From positions 1 through 30,104 of the IMG/VR virus record IMGVR_UViG_3300017912_000068: DNA of 30,104 nucleotides; one strand, given 5' to 3'. Under the pieces are notes generated by a model that worked only from the letters and a program-made list of their open reading frames with translations, was not told the origin of the DNA and did no database searches. Every line of letters begins with the position of its first letter. The first letter of the stretch is position 1. Of this stretch, positions 24,823-30,104 are shown in pieces. The position numbers and the translations under genes are program-made. The DNA is from a virus. Taxonomy: Duplodnaviria; Caudoviricetes.

Positions 24823-25814
24823 TGCGAGCCACATTAATGAAACAAACAATTAAGTCATTGTTCCCTACACAACGGACAATGGCAATCGAGGGTGCACCGG
24901 GTGGTGGTAAGACTACCATCTGTGAAGAAGTTGCCAAAGAACTAGGCGTAGGTTTCATCGAGAAACATATGCCGACAATGCTAGTGGAGGACTTTGGTAT
25001 CATGTATCCAAATGGTGATGATATGCTTCACTACAAACTACCTGATTGGTTTCCGTCGCAAGACAGAACGGATATACCTGACACTGGTATCTTATGCTTT
25101 GATGATCGTAACCAAGCTAATGCAGACTTGCAGAAAGTATTGGCTAACATCTGTCAAGCTAGGAACCTACATGGCAAACCACTCAAAGATGGGTGGATGG
25201 TTGTATCGACAGGTAACAGACAGTCTGACAGAGCAGGGGCAAACAGAGTACTATCTCATCTGCGTAATCGTGAGACTGTTTACGAACTTGAAACACACCT
25301 TGATGACTGGTGTTCATGGGCGATTGACCATGGCGTGAAGCCTGAAGTTATCTCGTTCATTCGTTTCAGACCTAACCTACTGCATGACTTCGATGCACAA
25401 CGAGACCAAAACCCTACACCACGTTCATGGGTTGAGGGTGTATCCAATGCCATTGGTATTGTACCTGTTGATGCTGAGTATGAAACATTCAAGGGTGCAG
25501 TTGGTGAAGGTGCAGCAGCAGAGTTTGTAGGCTTCGTTAAAATCTATCGTAAGCTACCTAACCCTGACAACATCATCATGAATCCAACAACATCAGAAGT
25601 TCCTGATGACCCTGCTACTTTGTATGCACTGTCTGGTGCTATTGCAGAGCGAGCAACTGTCAGTAACTTTGACCGTGTTGTTCAATATGCCGACCGTATG
25701 CCACCTGAGTTCAGCGTTCTGTCTGTGTCTTATGCAAGTCGTAAGAACCCTGACTTGGCTTCAACTCAAGCGTTTACGAAGTGGGCTGTTAACCATCAAG
25801 ACGTACTATTCTAG
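24822..25814 (+). CDS. MoxR/CbbQ-like AAA+ ATPase
   Basis: Walker A GAPGGGKT, Walker B LCFDD, sensor-1 STGN, arginine finger LRNR, sensor-2 TPRSW. Confidence 0.88.
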   Translation: MRATLMKQTIKSLFPTQRTMAIEGAPGGGKTTICEEVAKELGVGFIEKHMPTMLVEDFGIMYPNGDDMLHYKLPDWFPSQDRTDIPDTGILCFDDRNQANADLQKVLANICQARNLHGKPLKDGWMVVSTGNRQSDRAGANRVLSHLRNRETVYELETHLDDWCSWAIDHGVKPEVISFIRFRPNLLHDFDAQRDQNPTPRSWVEGVSNAIGIVPVDAEYETFKGAVGEGAAAEFVGFVKIYRKLPNPDNIIMNPTTSEVPDDPATLYALSGAIAERATVSNFDRVVQYADRMPPEFSVLSVSYASRKNPDLASTQAFTKWAVNHQDVLF

Positions 25815-25823
25815 GAGGTATGA

Positions 25824-26684
25824 ATGAAACTGTCTGATAAAGCACTATTAGTGCAACTCAATGTATCACAGTGGACTGCTCGTAAGTATGACAAGAGGGC
25901 TACCGAACAAGTAGCCCAACAAAACAATACTATGATCGGTGCAGGTAGATACAACAAATCGCTGTTACCTATGAATGATTATCTCGATAATGTTCATAAG
26001 AAAACTACAGCTATTAGGGCAAAGTACTACGCCAATACCCTACCATGGGGTATTGAAGGTACTATGTTGTTACCATCTGCAAACTACTTGAACTTTATGA
26101 CTGAGTTCAGGAAAGAGAAAGCTGAATGGCAACAACTTGTGGATACATTTTGGAATGAGTATCCACGATTGAAACAAGATGCACAACGCTTCTTGGGTAA
26201 TCTATACAATCAAGCTGACTATCCTATGCTTCATGACATACAGCGTAGGTTCAAGATGGACTTGGCTGTATTCCCTGTACCATCTAACGATTTCAGAGTT
26301 CAGATATCCGATGAAGAACTATCTCGGATACAGAATGATGTTGAAGCTAGGGTACAAGATGCTGCTCAACAAGCTATGAAGGAAGCATGGCAAAGGCTGT
26401 ATGACAAAGTCAAACATATGGCTGAGAAACTTGCTGATCCCAAAGCTGTGTTCAGAGATACATTGGTTGAGAATACCAAAGATGTATGTGCTGTCTTATC
26501 AAGACTTAACTTTGCTGATGACCCTAACTTGGAATCTTTACGACAACAAGTTGAACAGTCATTGGCTAACAATCACCCTGAAAGTCTGCGTAACGACCCT
26601 GACTTGAGACGTAACAAAGCAGCTGAAGCCAAGGCAATCATGGACAAGATGGGTGCATTTATGGGAGGTGTGAATGGAAGTTGA
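25824..26684 (+). CDS. Helical protein associated with MoxR-VWA modules (DUF3150-like)
   Basis: LVQLNVSQWTARK..K.LL..Y..DYP..F pattern with a long helical C-terminus; position between ATPase and VWA genes. Confidence 0.6.
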   Translation: MKLSDKALLVQLNVSQWTARKYDKRATEQVAQQNNTMIGAGRYNKSLLPMNDYLDNVHKKTTAIRAKYYANTLPWGIEGTMLLPSANYLNFMTEFRKEKAEWQQLVDTFWNEYPRLKQDAQRFLGNLYNQADYPMLHDIQRRFKMDLAVFPVPSNDFRVQISDEELSRIQNDVEARVQDAAQQAMKEAWQRLYDKVKHMAEKLADPKAVFRDTLVENTKDVCAVLSRLNFADDPNLESLRQQVEQSLANNHPESLRNDPDLRRNKAAEAKAIMDKMGAFMGGVNGS

Positions 26685-27798
26685 AAAGCGTATCGCTAAA
26701 GCTAAGACTGCTTTGATTCTTGAACATCCTTTCGTTGGTAGTGTTGCACTCAACATGCCAATGAAGATTGACAACAATGTGCCTACTGCTGCAACAGATG
26801 GTAAGCGTGTGTTGTTCAATGAGGATTTCTGTAAAGAGTTGGATGATGAGGAACTTAAGTTCCTCGTTGCCCACGAATGTATGCACCCTATGTTGGAACA
26901 CAATTTTCGTAGAGGTGAACGTGACAGATACAAATGGAATCAAGCAGCTGACTATGTAATCAACAAGCTATTGACTGATGAAGGTATCGGTAAGATGCCT
27001 AAGCAAGGTCTGCTTGATGAGAACATATACCAAGCAGGTGGTGGTACCAGTGATGGTATCTACAATAATTTACCCGATACACCTGAAGATCAACAGGGTA
27101 ATGGTGGTCAAGGACAACCACTAGACAGTTGTGAAGATGGGCAGGGTTCACCTGCTGAAGTAGCACAACAACAAGCAGAATGGAAAGTCAAAGTTGCACA
27201 AGCTGCTCAATCAGCAAAGATGATGGGTAAACTTAGTGCAGGTCTTGAACGACTAGTCGCTGAAATACTAACGCCTAAAGTTGATTGGCGTGATGTGTTA
27301 CAGAGATTTGTTGTCAAGTGTAGGTCTGACCAAAGGTCATGGGCTAGACCGAATAGACGTTTCCTATCTCAAGGTCTGTATCTGCCTAGCGTATCAGGTG
27401 AAACACTAGGTGAGATTGCCTTTGCTGTCGACTGTTCAGGCTCGATTGGTCAAGATGAAATCAATCAGTTTGCTAGTGAGATTACCACAGTATGGCAAGA
27501 CCAACGACCAACTAAGGTTCATGTAATCTATTTTGATTCTGAAGTATCACATTACGATGAGTTTGATAGAGACAATGAACCTGTAATCAAGCCACATGGT
27601 GGAGGTGGTACTGCGTTCAGTCCTGTATTCAGATACATGGAGGAACACGGAATCAATCCTGTAGCATGTATATTTTTAACTGACCTTTGCTGTAATGACT
27701 TTGGTGATGAACCTGATTACCCAGTCCTATGGGTGTCAACACATTCAGACAAAGCACCATTCGGTGAAGTCGTAATGATGGAGAACAATAATGGGTGA
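26674..27798 (+). CDS. Metallopeptidase-like plus VWA domain protein (DUF2201-like)
   Basis: TAATDG, HECMH (HExxH), WN.A.D..IN; MIDAS DCSGS, GGGGT, LTD. Confidence 0.88.
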   Translation: MEVEKRIAKAKTALILEHPFVGSVALNMPMKIDNNVPTAATDGKRVLFNEDFCKELDDEELKFLVAHECMHPMLEHNFRRGERDRYKWNQAADYVINKLLTDEGIGKMPKQGLLDENIYQAGGGTSDGIYNNLPDTPEDQQGNGGQGQPLDSCEDGQGSPAEVAQQQAEWKVKVAQAAQSAKMMGKLSAGLERLVAEILTPKVDWRDVLQRFVVKCRSDQRSWARPNRRFLSQGLYLPSVSGETLGEIAFAVDCSGSIGQDEINQFASEITTVWQDQRPTKVHVIYFDSEVSHYDEFDRDNEPVIKPHGGGGTAFSPVFRYMEEHGINPVACIFLTDLCCNDFGDEPDYPVLWVSTHSDKAPFGEVVMMENNNG

Positions 27799-27985
27799 AG
27801 TAAAGAAGCTTCTAATAGAAGCAGAATCGTTATTGGTTACATGCCTTGATGATTGGGGCATGACCAATGACCAAGCTTTCGAAAAGATACGAAAGCAACT
27901 AGGCAATATGGCTGAAAACCATGTGCGTGAATTAGTAAACAACTGGAATAAGGAGGATATAAATGGCAACAGTAAGATTCAGTGA
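27791..27985 (+). CDS. Hypothetical protein (64 aa)
   Basis: GGAG RBS; overlaps both neighbours. Confidence 0.7.
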   Translation: MGEVKKLLIEAESLLVTCLDDWGMTNDQAFEKIRKQLGNMAENHVRELVNNWNKEDINGNSKIQ

Positions 27986-28625
27986 CACACTAAAAGAAGA
28001 TATCCGTAGAAAAGCTAGGGGTATGTTTGAACAATCAATCAGTAAAGCAGAGCAAGACTATCCATCAACATGGGCAGACAAAATGTATGACTGTTTCTTT
28101 CCTGCTGATGTAGTAGCTAAGTTCAATGCACTACCTGCATACGCTATGAAAGAAGAAACAGACATAGGCTTCAATGGGTTTAGAGGTGTGGATGTTGAGT
28201 TACGAGATAGTTACTGTTTCAGTAATAGCATAAAACTTGAGTTTAGTTCACCTCGTAGATGGCCTGATAATTTCGCCATAGAAGTTACAGGTTTTCATCT
28301 TAACTACAGTTCAGGTGAATGTGTATGGGGTGATTCAAGGTGGGATTGGCTAAAGCCTGAAGTCAAAGCATACACTGACAAGATAAATGCAGAAGTGGCT
28401 AAGCGAGATAGTTTGTTAGAGGGCGTTAACAAACTCATGGAAACATATTCCACGTTGGCACCTGCATTGAAAGCATGGCCTGCATTGTGGGACTTGCTAG
28501 ATGAGAACACTCGTGAACGTCACAAGCGAGTAGTTGAACGAAACAACAAAACAGGTTCTGACACGTTGGATGTTGATCTTAACAAGATGACAGCAGCAGT
28601 AACCTATTCAAAACTAACACGATAA
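27963..28625 (+). CDS. Hypothetical protein (weak resemblance to Nmad5 family)
   Basis: AGGAGG RBS; C-terminal L.TYSTL..ALKAWP motif. Confidence 0.55.
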   Translation: MATVRFSDTLKEDIRRKARGMFEQSISKAEQDYPSTWADKMYDCFFPADVVAKFNALPAYAMKEETDIGFNGFRGVDVELRDSYCFSNSIKLEFSSPRRWPDNFAIEVTGFHLNYSSGECVWGDSRWDWLKPEVKAYTDKINAEVAKRDSLLEGVNKLMETYSTLAPALKAWPALWDLLDENTRERHKRVVERNNKTGSDTLDVDLNKMTAAVTYSKLTR

Positions 28626-28640
28626 TACAAGGAGATATGA

Positions 28641-29549
28641 ATGTACCGATGGTGGCATAGTGATAGATCACTTAAAACATATGATGAAATGCTAAGCGCA
28701 TTTAACACAGCAAGAAGCCCTGATAAGGGTAAGCCAGTCAATCATAACTGGCGACTATTCAAAGTAAATGACACAATCAAGATTAAGTTCGAAGGTTATG
28801 GCGAACAGTGGTTGGCAGATGTAACACCTGACAACGTAATTACTTTCGTTGCGCCTGACAATCACATGTATAACTCATGTCAATCTTATGTGTCATCATT
28901 CCATAGATGGTTTCCGTTTACTGTTGTAAGACACAGGAAAGGATTGTATCGAATCCAACACACAGCAGTTCTCGATAAAAACATGAATGAATCTGAACAG
29001 ATATGGAAAGAATACAACAAAGTTATGTTCAGTTCACCCTCTTACTTCAAGGGATTGCAGTTCAACTTGTTGACAGGTGAATGTCTAAACCAAAGACCTG
29101 ATGACAAGTTCATTGAGATACCCGAGAAGCGTAGGGAATGGCGTAAACTTCTTACAGCATTCAAGAAAGGTTTGAAAGCTAGAGCAAAAGTTCATGCGCT
29201 AGATGGTATTATCAAAGAGATTGAGAATGATCGTCAATCCAACGGACAGTATGGGTACTCAAGACCTGACTGGTCATCGGATGAATGGCAAGACTTACTA
29301 GAAACATGTATCCGAAAGACTGATTATCCAAAACAACTACTCAAAGGCTTCTGTCAATCGAGTATGGGCTATGGATATTACAGTAGTCAACAAACACCAA
29401 CACCAAAAGAAATACAGCAAACTGTAGACAATGTGATGAACGACCTCAGTATTCCCATGCGTAGGCGTTTCGGAGTGTTTGAACAAGAGGGATATGACGA
29501 GAAAAAAGTAGAGAAGTACATGGGTGGTACTAAACTTGAGGTACTTTAA
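28641..29549 (+). CDS. Hypothetical protein (302 aa)
   Basis: Long ORF with AGGAG RBS; no motif recognised. Confidence 0.75.
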   Translation: MYRWWHSDRSLKTYDEMLSAFNTARSPDKGKPVNHNWRLFKVNDTIKIKFEGYGEQWLADVTPDNVITFVAPDNHMYNSCQSYVSSFHRWFPFTVVRHRKGLYRIQHTAVLDKNMNESEQIWKEYNKVMFSSPSYFKGLQFNLLTGECLNQRPDDKFIEIPEKRREWRKLLTAFKKGLKARAKVHALDGIIKEIENDRQSNGQYGYSRPDWSSDEWQDLLETCIRKTDYPKQLLKGFCQSSMGYGYYSSQQTPTPKEIQQTVDNVMNDLSIPMRRRFGVFEQEGYDEKKVEKYMGGTKLEVL

Positions 29550-29550
29550 T

Positions 29551-30015
29551 ATGACTGTACTTGTTTGGGATGGTCATACTCTTGCTACTGATAGACAAGC
29601 TAACGATGGTTCAGCTAAATGGGAGGCTGACAAAGCTTGGTATATTACTGACCCAATAGATAATAAGATAGCGATAGTATCAGGTGTAGGAATACTAGAA
29701 GATATACTAAAGATGCGTGAGTGGTACAAGCAAGGTGCCACTCAAGAGGCATTCCCTGAATTGCATGGCAAGTCACAACTTATTGTCGTGCGTAAAGAAT
29801 CAGGTCTTTGGGTATATGAATCTGTACCTCACCCTGTCCACTATGGTTTTAATCCTCATGCTTTTGGGCATGGGAAAGACTTTGCATATGGTGCATTAGC
29901 CATGGGTGCTAGTGCTAAAGAAGCTGTCGATGCCTCGAATATGTTTTGTCTACATACAGGAAAAGGTATCGGCGTATACAACTTACATGGAGAACACGAT
30001 GGCACGGAAGTCTAG
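29551..30015 (+). CDS. Ntn-hydrolase fold peptidase (HslV / proteasome beta-like)
   Basis: True start ATG 29551 (GAGGT RBS) exposes Thr2: MTVLVWDGHTLATDRQ..DK..G..AFGHGKDFAYGALAMGASAKEAV. Confidence 0.72.
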   Translation: MTVLVWDGHTLATDRQANDGSAKWEADKAWYITDPIDNKIAIVSGVGILEDILKMREWYKQGATQEAFPELHGKSQLIVVRKESGLWVYESVPHPVHYGFNPHAFGHGKDFAYGALAMGASAKEAVDASNMFCLHTGKGIGVYNLHGEHDGTEV

Positions 30016-30104
30016 ATACAACAGGGCAAACATACTTAAGAAAGCTGACAAGCTAACATCATCTGATCGAGAGGTAGAGCATGGTGATGCTAGTAAAAAC
30101 TTTG
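29999..30104 (+). CDS. Truncated ORF, DUF6378-like
   Basis: GGAG RBS; MARKSRYNRANILKKADKLTSSDREVEHGDASKNF, running off the window. Confidence 0.55.
   Translation, partial: MARKSRYNRANILKKADKLTSSDREVEHGDASKNF

Noticed and set aside
23600-28510. Minus-strand and alternate-frame ORFs in the early arm (e.g. 23600-23782, 24415-24735, 24994-25338, 26559-26933)
   Set aside because: They overlap stronger genes or promoter P2, with no recognisable motifs or RBS
1-30104. Prophage boundary, integrase, host genes, introns/inteins or recoded stop codons
   Set aside because: All recognisable genes are phage-like, terL/portal/capsid are uninterrupted and of normal size, and gene packing is dense under the standard code

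Overview
About 30 kb of a tailed-phage (Caudoviricetes, podovirus-like) genome, most consistent with an uncultured marine proteobacterial phage; the host cannot be assigned from sequence alone. Positions 1-22340 are one leftward (minus-strand) late arm: terS, terL, small basic proteins, portal, scaffold, major capsid protein, a putative decoration protein, two adaptor-like proteins, tail and fibre proteins, a block of exported/membrane proteins, a holin plus GH108 endolysin, and a truncated tail-nozzle-like gene. Positions 22634-30104 are a rightward early arm: micro-ORFs, a C4 zinc finger, a MoxR-like AAA+ ATPase / DUF3150-like / HExxH-VWA module, an Ntn (HslV-like) peptidase and a truncated final ORF. 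The most unusual part is the divergent control region (22340-24160). It holds two paralogous ~97-aa genes, each with its own promoter and 3' hairpin. They flank a ~500-bp non-coding segment packed with two interleaved motif families (TATCTA/TAGATA x11; AACTT[G/T]ACA), and a compact H-type pseudoknot lies in the leader of the first paralog. All family assignments come from motif recognition by eye, not database searches.
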